DNA of 32,000 nucleotides from contig NC_013967.1 of the NCBI RefSeq assembly GCF_000025685.1, positions 60,001 to 92,000 on the forward strand, read 5' to 3'. The translations under genes were made by a program, and so were the position numbers. Under the pieces are notes generated by a model. That model saw only the letters and a program-made list of their open reading frames with translations. It was not told where the DNA came from and searched no databases. Source of the stretch: Haloferax volcanii DS2 (GTDB taxonomy: Archaea > Halobacteriota > Halobacteria > Halobacteriales > Haloferacaceae). Shown piece after piece: positions 1 through 7,809 of the stretch (positions are counted from its first letter, which is position 1; the number at the start of each line of letters is the position of its first letter).

Positions 1-27
1 TATTTCGGTTTCGGTTGTCGTGCTCAC
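1..27 (-). CDS. 5' fragment (9 codons) of the next ABC-transporter permease gene (DppC/OppC-like expected from operon order); runs off the window
   Basis: GTG at 27..25 lies 6 nt after the upstream permease stop (36..34). It opens a frame reading MSTTTETEI to the window edge. Only operon logic supports it. Confidence 0.3.
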
Positions 28-33
28 TGTGGT

Positions 34-1083
34 TCACCCGTCGTACCCGACGCGCGGGTCGATAATCGTGTACAGGAAGTCCTGTAGGATGTTCGTGCCG
101 ACCAGGATGAGGATGAAGATAAACATCAGCGTCCCGATGAGCGGCAGGTCCCCGTTGATGGCTGCGTTGAAGAACAGCCAGCCGAGGCCGTTAATGGCGA
201 AGACCGTCTCGACGAACACGGACCCGCCGAGAAGCAGGAACGCCTCGCCCGTGATGATGGGCACGAGCGGGATGAGCGCGTTCCGGAAGATGTGCTTCCA
301 GACGAGCGAGCGCCCGGAGACGCCCTTCGCGCGGGCGGTCTCGACGTAGTTCGAGTTGATGGTCTCGAGGACGGCGGTGCGGCCGATGCGCATCTCGTTC
401 CCCATCGACGCCGACCCGAGGACCAGCGCGGCCGGGGCGATCTGCTTCGTCGCCCGGACGAACGACTCGGTCCACCCGCCGGGGTCTTCGAGGAACTGTT
501 CGACCGGCGACTGGAAGAAGTCGAGCGCGGGCGGCGTCACGACGTTCGTCCTGACGATCCACGTCTGCCACGCGAACAGGCCGTTGGTCCACGTCCCGAG
601 CTGCGAGAGGGCCGTGACGAGCATGATGGCCAGCCAGAAGTTCGGCATCGCGCGCCAGACGATTCCGCCGAAGGAGGCGGCGTAGTCGGAGGGCGTGTTC
701 GGGTTCAGCCCGGCGTAGAAACCGAGCGGAATCCCGACGAACAGCGCGATGACGACCGACCAGAAGCCGAGCCAAATCGTCCGGGGCGCGTAGATTTCGA
801 TGAGCTCGTACGCGGTCGTCCCGGGTGCGATGACCCACGACTGGCCGAGTTGGAAGGTGAACAACCGATACATGAAGTCGAGGTACTGACTCCAGAGCGG
901 CTGGTTCAACCCGAGGTTCGTCCGAATCTGTTCTGCCGCCTGTGGGTTGTATTGCGTCCCCAGAATCGCCGAAACGGGGTCGAGTGGCCCCAGGCGGATG
1001 AGGGCAAACGTAATCGTCGTCCCGAAGATGACGACAGGAATCGACATCAGTACCCTGCGGAGGAAGTACTGCCATCGACTCAT
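34..1083 (-). CDS. ABC transporter permease, peptide/nickel (DppB/OppB-type) family
   Basis: 349-aa ORF with ATG at 1083. It has multiple hydrophobic helices, an N-terminal RRVLMSIPVVIFGTTITFALIRLGPLDP typical of DppB/OppB, an EAA-loop region (YVETARAKGVSGRSLVWKHIFRNALIPLV) and a C-terminal DPRV motif. Confidence 0.92.
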   Translation of the reverse strand: MSRWQYFLRRVLMSIPVVIFGTTITFALIRLGPLDPVSAILGTQYNPQAAEQIRTNLGLNQPLWSQYLDFMYRLFTFQLGQSWVIAPGTTAYELIEIYAPRTIWLGFWSVVIALFVGIPLGFYAGLNPNTPSDYAASFGGIVWRAMPNFWLAIMLVTALSQLGTWTNGLFAWQTWIVRTNVVTPPALDFFQSPVEQFLEDPGGWTESFVRATKQIAPAALVLGSASMGNEMRIGRTAVLETINSNYVETARAKGVSGRSLVWKHIFRNALIPLVPIITGEAFLLLGGSVFVETVFAINGLGWLFFNAAINGDLPLIGTLMFIFILILVGTNILQDFLYTIIDPRVGYDG

Positions 1084-1235
1084 GGCATCACCTCGCAGAC
1101 CGTTCGAGCGGACATTGTTGTAAGCTTTTACTGAGTGGTATGGATATGTCTTGCGCTTTGAGGTCCAAATATCGCAGTTTCAGCAACTCTGCTGCCAGTT
1201 TATTTCATATAGTGGCCACTAATTGTACGCTTGTC

Positions 1236-1283
1236 AAAAATATCTGGCCGTTTCGATTGAGACGGGACGCGAAAGCGTTCCCG
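1236..1283 (-). terminator. Putative intra-operon attenuator/terminator after the binding-protein gene
   Basis: On the minus strand an imperfect hairpin GGGAACGC-TTTC-GCGTCCC (1264..1283) starts 13 nt after the TAA stop (1298..1296). A T5 run follows (plus-strand A5 at 1236..1240). The 212-bp AT-rich spacer before the permease gene is unusually long for an operon junction. Confidence 0.3.
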
Positions 1284-1295
1284 TGTTCCTCGGTT

Positions 1296-3134
1296 TTATC
1301 GGTTGAGGGTGACGGTGTTGAGCTTCTGGCGGCTCGGACCCATCCCACCGAACGGTTCGATGTCGACGGTGTCGTACCAGAACATCTCTTCTTTCTGGTT
1401 GTAGACCGGCAGCATCGCGACGTCTTCCCAGTTGGCCATCTCGATGTCGACGTAGGCCTCGTCGCGGACCTGCTGGGCCTCGTCGGTCGGCGCGGGGTTG
1501 TTGACGACCTGCTGATAGGCGTCGGTCGCCTGCTGGGCGGCGTCGCCGTTTTCGGCCGTCCAGTTGACGTACGAGATGGGGCCCTGTTCGGACGTATCAG
1601 TCTGCGGCGGATTCAGGAGCTGCAGGAAGTTGTCCGGTGCCGGCCAGTCGGCGATCCAGCCGAGGGTGTACGCTTCGAGCTGACCGTTGCGGCCGCGTTC
1701 GAGAAGCGTCGAGAAGTCGGCCTTCTGAATCTGCATGTTGATGTGGGCGGATGCGAGCTGGTCGCGGAGGATGCTCGCCATCTCCTCCCACGCGTTGTTG
1801 TTGTACTGGGTCCACTGGACCTCGAACTGGTTGTCCGGACCGTAGCCGGCCTCCTCCATGACCTGGCGGGCGGCCTCGATGTCCGTCTCGCCCGCGCTGT
1901 ACGGGTAGTCGGAGCTGACGAGGTCGCTCGCGGCCTGCGCACCGCCGGGGAAGATGGTCGGCGGGGTAAAGAACTCCGCCGCGGAGCCGCGGCCCTTGAA
2001 CACTTCCGAGACCATCTGGTCTTGGTTCAGGACGTAGGCGAACGCCTGACGGACCGCCTTCGGGACCTTGTTCATGTTGAAGCCGACGTAGTAGATGGAG
2101 AGGGTCGGAACGCCGACGTAGTTGAGCGTCTTCCCGTTACGGACGGGACCGTACGTCCCGATTTCGCGACCGTACTCGTCGGTTGACTCCACCTGAGCCA
2201 GTCCGGGGTCGTACTGCGCGGTGGGCAGTCCGAAGTAGTCCGCGTTCTCGTTCATCGCGTAGTTGTAGCGAGCCGTGTCGTCCTCGATGATCTGCCAGCG
2301 GACGTTGTCGACCTGCGCGACCTGCCCGTAGTAGTCGTCGTACTTGGAGACGGCCGCGGCGGTGCCCTGCTCCCAGAACGCGAACTCGAACGGACCCGCA
2401 CCGATGGGGTTGTTCGACGCGAACTCGGTGTACTCCATCTCGCCGTCGTGACCCTCGATGTCGCCGAGGATGCCCTCGGGAAGGGCGGCGAACGAGGTGT
2501 AGGCGAACATCTCGAGGGTGTCGTGGAACGGCTCGGAGAGGTTGACGACGAGTTCGGTCTCGGTCTCGCCGACTTCGACGCCGAGCGAACCGGGCACGTA
2601 GTTGCCTTCGTCGTCCGTCTCGTGTTCCACGCCGATGGAATCGAGGATGAAGTAGGCGCGGCGGCTGTTCGAGGAGGCCGCGAGGCGCTCCCACGCGTAG
2701 ATGAAGTCGGACGCAGTGACCGTCTCACCGTTGTGGTAGGTCGCGTCGGCGAGCTGGAACGTGTAGGTCGTGAAGTCGTCGGAGACCGTGTAGTCCGCGG
2801 CGAGTTCGTTTTCGACCGTCGGGAGGGCGTTCTGGTAGGACATCAAGCAGTCGAAGACCTGCTGGATGATGATGCCCGACGACGTGTCGGTCGCGGCGAC
2901 GGGGTCCATCGTCGTGATGGTGCCCGAGAGGATACGGTTGAACACCGAACCGGACAGCTCCGTGCCCGTGTCCTCTTCGGTCGTCGTCGCGGTGGTGGTC
3001 TCGTCGCCACCGGATTCGGTCGTCGTCGTCTCTTCACCGTCACCGCCGGTACAACCGGCGAGAGCGGCGGCCGTGGCAGCCCCACCCGTTGCCTTCAGGA
3101 AGCGGCGACGCGAGAGTTTGTTAGTGTCTGGCAT
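1296..3134 (-). CDS. ABC transporter substrate-binding lipoprotein, family 5 (peptide/nickel type), Tat-secreted
   Basis: 612-aa ORF. The N-terminus has a twin-arginine motif SRRRFLK followed by a lipobox LAGC and a Thr/Glu-rich linker (EETTTTESGGDETTTATTTEED). The body resembles DppA/OppA-type binding proteins. It lies directly upstream of the permease gene. Confidence 0.9.
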   Translation of the reverse strand: MPDTNKLSRRRFLKATGGAATAAALAGCTGGDGEETTTTESGGDETTTATTTEEDTGTELSGSVFNRILSGTITTMDPVAATDTSSGIIIQQVFDCLMSYQNALPTVENELAADYTVSDDFTTYTFQLADATYHNGETVTASDFIYAWERLAASSNSRRAYFILDSIGVEHETDDEGNYVPGSLGVEVGETETELVVNLSEPFHDTLEMFAYTSFAALPEGILGDIEGHDGEMEYTEFASNNPIGAGPFEFAFWEQGTAAAVSKYDDYYGQVAQVDNVRWQIIEDDTARYNYAMNENADYFGLPTAQYDPGLAQVESTDEYGREIGTYGPVRNGKTLNYVGVPTLSIYYVGFNMNKVPKAVRQAFAYVLNQDQMVSEVFKGRGSAAEFFTPPTIFPGGAQAASDLVSSDYPYSAGETDIEAARQVMEEAGYGPDNQFEVQWTQYNNNAWEEMASILRDQLASAHINMQIQKADFSTLLERGRNGQLEAYTLGWIADWPAPDNFLQLLNPPQTDTSEQGPISYVNWTAENGDAAQQATDAYQQVVNNPAPTDEAQQVRDEAYVDIEMANWEDVAMLPVYNQKEEMFWYDTVDIEPFGGMGPSRQKLNTVTLNR

Positions 3135-3340
3135 TCAGAACGAAATTTTCCCGGCGCGTGGATAAACTTACCGTATTCGATTTGTTTGATATAGTGTAGC
3201 GTGGAAGGGAGGTAGTTCCATACCCAAGCGGCGAAAACTGCCACGAGAATCCCTACAAAACTCGTTTTACATTTTAAACCCGCTTTCGAGGCGACAGAAT
3301 CAGTCAACGGGACACTTCTCGGCCCGCAGTTTCGGTCCAC

Positions 3341-3347
3341 TTATATA
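3341..3347 (+). promoter_or_regulatory. TATA box for the leaderless small ORF 3370..3537
   Basis: TTATATA is centred about 26 nt upstream of the ATG at 3370. This is the standard haloarchaeal spacing for leaderless transcripts. Confidence 0.5.
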
Positions 3348-3369
3348 GGGGTGTCACTATGTATCATAC

Positions 3370-3537
3370 ATGACGCCGGATGCGACGGCTTCCGTCGACG
3401 ACTCGGGCGCCGAGGTCATGGCCTCGGTGGATCGCTCTCAGACGGGCCAGCGTCTTATTATCGCGGATATCTCCCGCGACGACGCGTGGCTCGCTGCTGA
3501 CGTAGCCGACGCGCTTGCGCTCGACGAGTGGCAGTAA
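3370..3537 (+). CDS. Small acidic conserved-looking protein (55 aa), absent from the supplied ORF track
   Basis: My own translation gives ATG..TAA, MTPDATASVDDSGAEVMASVDRSQTGQRLIIADISRDDAWLAADVADALALDEWQ. Third-position codons are GC-rich like neighbouring genes and the composition is acidic. There is a TATA box at about -26. The motif IIADISRDDAWL...LDEW matches my memory of a small haloarchaeal protein family (unverified). Confidence 0.6.
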   Translation: MTPDATASVDDSGAEVMASVDRSQTGQRLIIADISRDDAWLAADVADALALDEWQ

Positions 3538-3590
3538 TCGCACCGGCCCCGTAAGCCCGCCGCTGGACGCCCGGCGGACAGACCATTCAC

Positions 3591-3597
3591 ATTTTAG
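3591..3597 (+). promoter_or_regulatory. TATA-like box for the PPC-domain gene / polD2 transcription unit
   Basis: ATTTTAG is centred about 28 nt upstream of the ATG at 3622. This favours 3622 over the GTG at 3610 as the start. Confidence 0.4.
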
Positions 3598-3621
3598 TCC
3601 GACTCGCTCGTGGTACGCTGC

Positions 3622-4041
3622 ATGAACGCTCGAGCGGTGACGGTGAGCGAGGAGTACCTCGCCCGTCTCGAACACGGTGCGGACTGGCGCGAGGAGATCG
3701 AGGAGTTCTGCGCGCGCAAGGACATCGAGTCCGCGTGGTTCAACGCCATGGGTGCCGTCCAGGACGCCGAACTCTGGTTTTACGACCAGACGGACCAGGA
3801 GTACCAGTCCGTGACGTTCGACGAGCCGCTCGAAGTCGCCGCCTGCGTGGGTAACGTCGCGCTCCTCGACGGCGAACCCTTCGCACACACGCACGCAATC
3901 CTTTCTCGGCGTAGTGGGCAGGCGCTCGCCGGACACCTCGACTCTGCGACCGTCTTCGCCGGCGAACTAAACCTCCGCGCCTTCGAGGAACCGCTCGAAC
4001 GCGACCACGACGCGGTGACCGACCTCGACCTCTGGCTGTAA
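3622..4041 (+). CDS. PPC (DUF296) domain protein, PD-1-like putative DNA-binding protein
   Basis: The ORF track gives 3610..4041; I prefer the ATG at 3622 (MNARAVTVSEEYLARLEHGADWREEI...). The pattern ...GAVQDAELWFYD...EPLEVAACVGNVALLDGEPFAHTHAILS is typical of PPC/DUF296 proteins. Its stop lies 2 nt before the polD2 start. Confidence 0.75.
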   Translation: MNARAVTVSEEYLARLEHGADWREEIEEFCARKDIESAWFNAMGAVQDAELWFYDQTDQEYQSVTFDEPLEVAACVGNVALLDGEPFAHTHAILSRRSGQALAGHLDSATVFAGELNLRAFEEPLERDHDAVTDLDLWL

Positions 4042-4043
4042 CC

Positions 4044-7000
4044 GTGCGCGAGGAGGAAACCCGGTACTTCCGTCGCATCGAAGCCCGCCTCGACGAGGCG
4101 TTCGACCTCGCGGAGGCCGCGAAGGCGACGGGGTACGACCCGAAGACCGAAGTCGAGATTCCGGTCGCCAAGGACATGGCCGACCGCGTCGAGAACATCC
4201 TCGGCATCGACGGCGTCGCAGAGCGCGTCCGCGAACTCGAAGGCGAGATGTCCCGCGAGGAAGCCGCGCTCGAACTCGTGACCGACTTCGTCGACGGCAA
4301 CGTCGGCGACTACGACTCCCGCGAGGGCAAAGTCGAGGGCGCGGTCCGCACCGCCGTCGCCCTCCTCACCGAGGGGGTCGTCGCCGCCCCCATCGAGGGC
4401 ATCGACCGCGTCGAAATCCTCGAAAACGACGACGGCACGGAGTTCGTCAACGTCTACTACGCCGGCCCGATTCGCTCGGCGGGCGGCACCGCACAGGCGC
4501 TCTCCGTGCTCGTCGCCGACTACGCCCGCTCGCTGCTCGACATCGACGAGTACAAAGCCCGAACCGACGAGGTCGAGCGCTACGTCGAGGAGATAAACCT
4601 CTACGACAAGGAGACCGGCCTCCAGTACTCGCCGAAGGACAAGGAGTCGCGCTTCATCGCGGAGAACATGCCCATCATGCTCGACGGCGAAGCCACGGGC
4701 GACGAGGAGGTCTCGGGCTACCGCGACCTCGAACGCGTCGACACCAACTCCGCCCGCGGCGGCATGTGTCTCGTCATGGCCGAAGGCATCGCGCTCAAGG
4801 CCCCGAAGATTCAGCGCTACACCCGCCAACTCGACGAAGTCGACTGGCCGTGGCTCCAAGACCTCATCGACGGCACCATCGGCAAGGACGACGACAACGC
4901 CGCGAACGCCGACGACGCGGGCGACGACGGCGACGAAGCCGAGGCCGAGACCGACCCGGACGCAGAGGCCGACGACGCCGAGAGCGACGCCCCCGACGGC
5001 CCGACCCGCGTCGAACCCGCGACCAAGTTCCTCCGCGACCTCATCGCGGGCCGCCCGGTGTTCGGCCACCCCTCCGCGCCCGGCGGCTTCCGCCTGCGCT
5101 ACGGCCGCGCTCGCAACCACGGCTTCGCGACCGCGGGCGTCCACCCCGCGACGATGCACATCGTGGACGACTTCATCGCCACCGGCACCCAAATCAAGAC
5201 CGAGCGTCCCGGCAAGGCCGGCGGCGTCGTCCCCGTCGATTCCATCGAGGGACCGACGGTCAGACTCGCTAACGGCGACGTGCGCCGCATCGACGACCCC
5301 GAGGAGGCGAAGGAACTCCAGAACGGCGTCGAGAAGATTCTCGACCTCGGCGAGTATCTCGTCAACTTCGGGGAGTTCGTCGAGAACAACCACCCGCTCG
5401 CGCCCGCCTCGTACGTCTTCGAGTGGTGGATTCAGGAGTTCGAGGCGACCGAGGCCAACGTGCAGGCGCTCCGCGACGACCCCGCCGTCGACCTCGAAGA
5501 GCCGTCGGTCGAACAGGCCCTCTCGTGGGCGACCGAGTTCGACGCCCCACTCCATCCCGTCTACACCTACCTCTGGCACGACATCTCTGTCGAGCGGTTC
5601 GACGCGCTCGCCGACGCCGTCGCGGCCGGTGAAATCGTCGCCGCCGAAGCCGACGGCGGCACGACCGCCGCGCTCGAACACGACAACGAACCCGAGCACG
5701 GACTGGAGGGGACGCTCGTCCTCGACAACGCGCCCGAGATTCGGGAGGCGCTCGAACACCTGCTCGTCGCTCACCGACAGACCGACGAGGCGCTCCGCGT
5801 CCCCGTCTGGCGACCGCTCGCCCGGAGCCTCGGCCTCACCGACGACCGCGAGCGGACGTGGGAACTCGATGACCTCTCCGAACGCGCCCGCACGTGGGAC
5901 GACGGCGACAACGCCGTCGAGGCCGTCAACGAGGTCGCGCCGTTCAACGTCCGCGAGCGCGCGCCCACCCGCATCGGCAACCGGATGGGTCGCCCGGAGA
6001 AATCCGAGCGCCGCGACCTCTCGCCCGCGGTCCACACGCTGTTTCCCATCGGCGAGGCCGGCGGGAGCCAACGCGACGTTGGCGACGCCGCCAGACACCG
6101 CGGCGAGTCCGGCAAGCGCGGCCAGATTTCGGTCCGCCTCGGTCAGCGCAAGTGCCCCGACTGCGGCGCGTTCGGCTTCAAATCGAAATGTCCCGACTGC
6201 GGCGGTCACACCGAACCCCACTACGAGTGCGACGACTGCGGGAGCGTCATCGAACCCGACGAGTCGGGCCGCGTCTACTGCGAGCGCTGCGAGTGGGACG
6301 TCGAGAGCGCCGAGTGGCAGGACGTCGACCTGAACAGCGAGTACCGCGACGCCCTCGAACGCGTCGGCGAGCGCGAGTCGTCGTTCCAGATTCTCAAGGG
6401 TGTCAAAGGTCTCACCTCCGCGAACAAGACGCCCGAACCCATCGAGAAAGGCGTCCTGCGGGCGAAACACGACGTGTCGTCGTTCAAAGACGGCACCGTC
6501 CGCTACGACATGACCGACCTGCCCGTCACCGCGGTCCGCCCCGAGGAACTCGACGTGACCGCCGACCACTTCCGCGAACTCGGCTACGAGACCGACATCG
6601 ACGGCGAACCCCTCCGGTTCGACGACCAACTGGTCGAACTCAAAGTCCAGGACATCGTCCTCTCGAACGGCGCGGCGCAACACATGATGCAGACCGCCGA
6701 CTTCGTCGACGACCTCCTCGACCAGTTCTACGGCCTCGACCGGTTCTACGAAATCGAAGAGCGCGACGACCTCATCGGCGAACTCGTCTTCGGGATGGCC
6801 CCCCACACCTCCGCCGCGGTCGTCGGCAGAGTTGTCGGATTCACGACAGCAGCAGTTGGATACGCGCATCCGTACTTTCACGCCGCGAAACGCCGGAATT
6901 GCGACGGAGACGAAGACTGCGTCATGCTGCTCATGGACGGTCTTCTCAACTTCTCGAAAAAATATCTCCCCGACAAGCGCGGCGGGCAGATGGACGCGCC

Positions 7001-7652
7001 GCTCGTCATGTCCTCGCGCATCGACCCCTCGGAGATCGACGACGAGGCGCACAACATGGACATCGTGCGGCAGTACCCCCGCGAGTTCTACGAGGCGACC
7101 CTGCGGATGGAAGACCCCGACGACTGGGAAGACGAGGTCACCATCGCCGAGGAGTACCTCGGAACCGACCGCGAGTACACCGGGTTCGACCACACCCACG
7201 ACACCACGGACATCGCCGCCGGCCCGGACCTCTCTGCGTACAAGACCCTCGGGTCGATGATGGACAAGATGGACGCCCAACTGTTCCTCGCGCGGAAGCT
7301 CCGGGCGGTCGACGAGACGGACGTGGCCGAGCGCGTCATCGAGTACCACTTCCTGCCGGACCTCATCGGCAACCTCCGCGCCTTCTCCCGACAGGAGACG
7401 CGGTGTCTCGACTGCGGCGAGAAGTACCGCCGGATGCCGCTTTCGGGCGACTGCCGGGAGTGCGGCGGCCGGGTGAACCTCACGGTCCACCAGGGCTCCG
7501 TGAACAAGTACATGGACACCGCGATTCAGGTGGCAGAGGAGTTCGACTGCCGCGACTACACGAAACAGCGCCTCGAAGTGCTCGAAAAGAGCCTCGAATC
7601 GGTCTTCGAGAACGACAAGAACAAACAGTCGGGCATCGCGGACTTCATGTAG
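4044..7652 (+). CDS. polD2: DNA polymerase II (PolD) large subunit DP2, intein-free
   Basis: 1202-aa ORF with a GTG start 2 nt after the upstream stop. It carries the conserved catalytic region AAKRRNCDGDEDCVMLLMDGLLNFS. Zinc-finger clusters are CPDCG...CPDCGG, CDDCG...CERC and the C-terminal CLDCG...CRECGG. The length and collinearity leave no room for an intein. Confidence 0.95.
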   Translation: MREEETRYFRRIEARLDEAFDLAEAAKATGYDPKTEVEIPVAKDMADRVENILGIDGVAERVRELEGEMSREEAALELVTDFVDGNVGDYDSREGKVEGAVRTAVALLTEGVVAAPIEGIDRVEILENDDGTEFVNVYYAGPIRSAGGTAQALSVLVADYARSLLDIDEYKARTDEVERYVEEINLYDKETGLQYSPKDKESRFIAENMPIMLDGEATGDEEVSGYRDLERVDTNSARGGMCLVMAEGIALKAPKIQRYTRQLDEVDWPWLQDLIDGTIGKDDDNAANADDAGDDGDEAEAETDPDAEADDAESDAPDGPTRVEPATKFLRDLIAGRPVFGHPSAPGGFRLRYGRARNHGFATAGVHPATMHIVDDFIATGTQIKTERPGKAGGVVPVDSIEGPTVRLANGDVRRIDDPEEAKELQNGVEKILDLGEYLVNFGEFVENNHPLAPASYVFEWWIQEFEATEANVQALRDDPAVDLEEPSVEQALSWATEFDAPLHPVYTYLWHDISVERFDALADAVAAGEIVAAEADGGTTAALEHDNEPEHGLEGTLVLDNAPEIREALEHLLVAHRQTDEALRVPVWRPLARSLGLTDDRERTWELDDLSERARTWDDGDNAVEAVNEVAPFNVRERAPTRIGNRMGRPEKSERRDLSPAVHTLFPIGEAGGSQRDVGDAARHRGESGKRGQISVRLGQRKCPDCGAFGFKSKCPDCGGHTEPHYECDDCGSVIEPDESGRVYCERCEWDVESAEWQDVDLNSEYRDALERVGERESSFQILKGVKGLTSANKTPEPIEKGVLRAKHDVSSFKDGTVRYDMTDLPVTAVRPEELDVTADHFRELGYETDIDGEPLRFDDQLVELKVQDIVLSNGAAQHMMQTADFVDDLLDQFYGLDRFYEIEERDDLIGELVFGMAPHTSAAVVGRVVGFTTAAVGYAHPYFHAAKRRNCDGDEDCVMLLMDGLLNFSKKYLPDKRGGQMDAPLVMSSRIDPSEIDDEAHNMDIVRQYPREFYEATLRMEDPDDWEDEVTIAEEYLGTDREYTGFDHTHDTTDIAAGPDLSAYKTLGSMMDKMDAQLFLARKLRAVDETDVAERVIEYHFLPDLIGNLRAFSRQETRCLDCGEKYRRMPLSGDCRECGGRVNLTVHQGSVNKYMDTAIQVAEEFDCRDYTKQRLEVLEKSLESVFENDKNKQSGIADFM

Positions 7653-7791
7653 TTTAGCGGTCGGTTTTTCCTCCAGGTTTTGCGAGTCGAGCGGAGCGAG
7701 ACTCGGAAAAAGTGGAGAACGAGCAGTCGGGCATCGCGGACTTCATGTAGTTTAGCGGTCGGTTTTTCCTCCAGGTTTTGCGAGTCGAGCG
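7626..7791 (+). repeat. Tandem direct repeat: 68-nt unit (7626..7693 = 7724..7791, perfect), period 98 nt, comprising the last 27 nt of polD2 plus 41 nt of 3' flank
   Basis: Direct reading shows CAGTCGGGCATCGCGGACTTCATGTAGTTTAGCGGTCGGTTTTTCCTCCAGGTTTTGCGAGTCGAGCG twice. Confidence 0.95.
7665..7669 (+). terminator. Oligo-T run, putative polD2 terminator (duplicated at 7763..7767)
   Basis: A T5 tract lies 13 nt after the polD2 stop. Archaeal termination typically uses oligo-T. A 6-bp hairpin CGAGTC-N11-GACTCG follows. Confidence 0.35.
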
Positions 7792-7809
7792 ACTCCGCCG
7801 CTCGGCGTC

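Noticed and set aside
3095-3340. 81-aa minus-strand ORF in the AT-rich region upstream of the binding-protein gene
   Set aside because: It overlaps the binding-protein start and promoter region. It has non-halophilic composition (Lys/Cys/Phe-rich) and no GC3 bias.
4881-5009. Asp/Ala/Glu-rich low-complexity insertion in PolD DP2 (GKDDDNAANADDAGDDGDEAEAETDPDAEADDAESDAPDGPTR), considered as an intein or mobile insertion remnant
   Set aside because: It is too short and lacks intein splice motifs. It looks like a typical halophile acidic surface linker.
3780-7490. 1236-aa ORF on the minus strand, antisense to polD2
   Set aside because: It is a shadow frame of a high-GC gene. The composition is Val/Gly/Arg/Asp-rich with no recognisable domains. 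The plus-strand frame is unambiguously PolD DP2.
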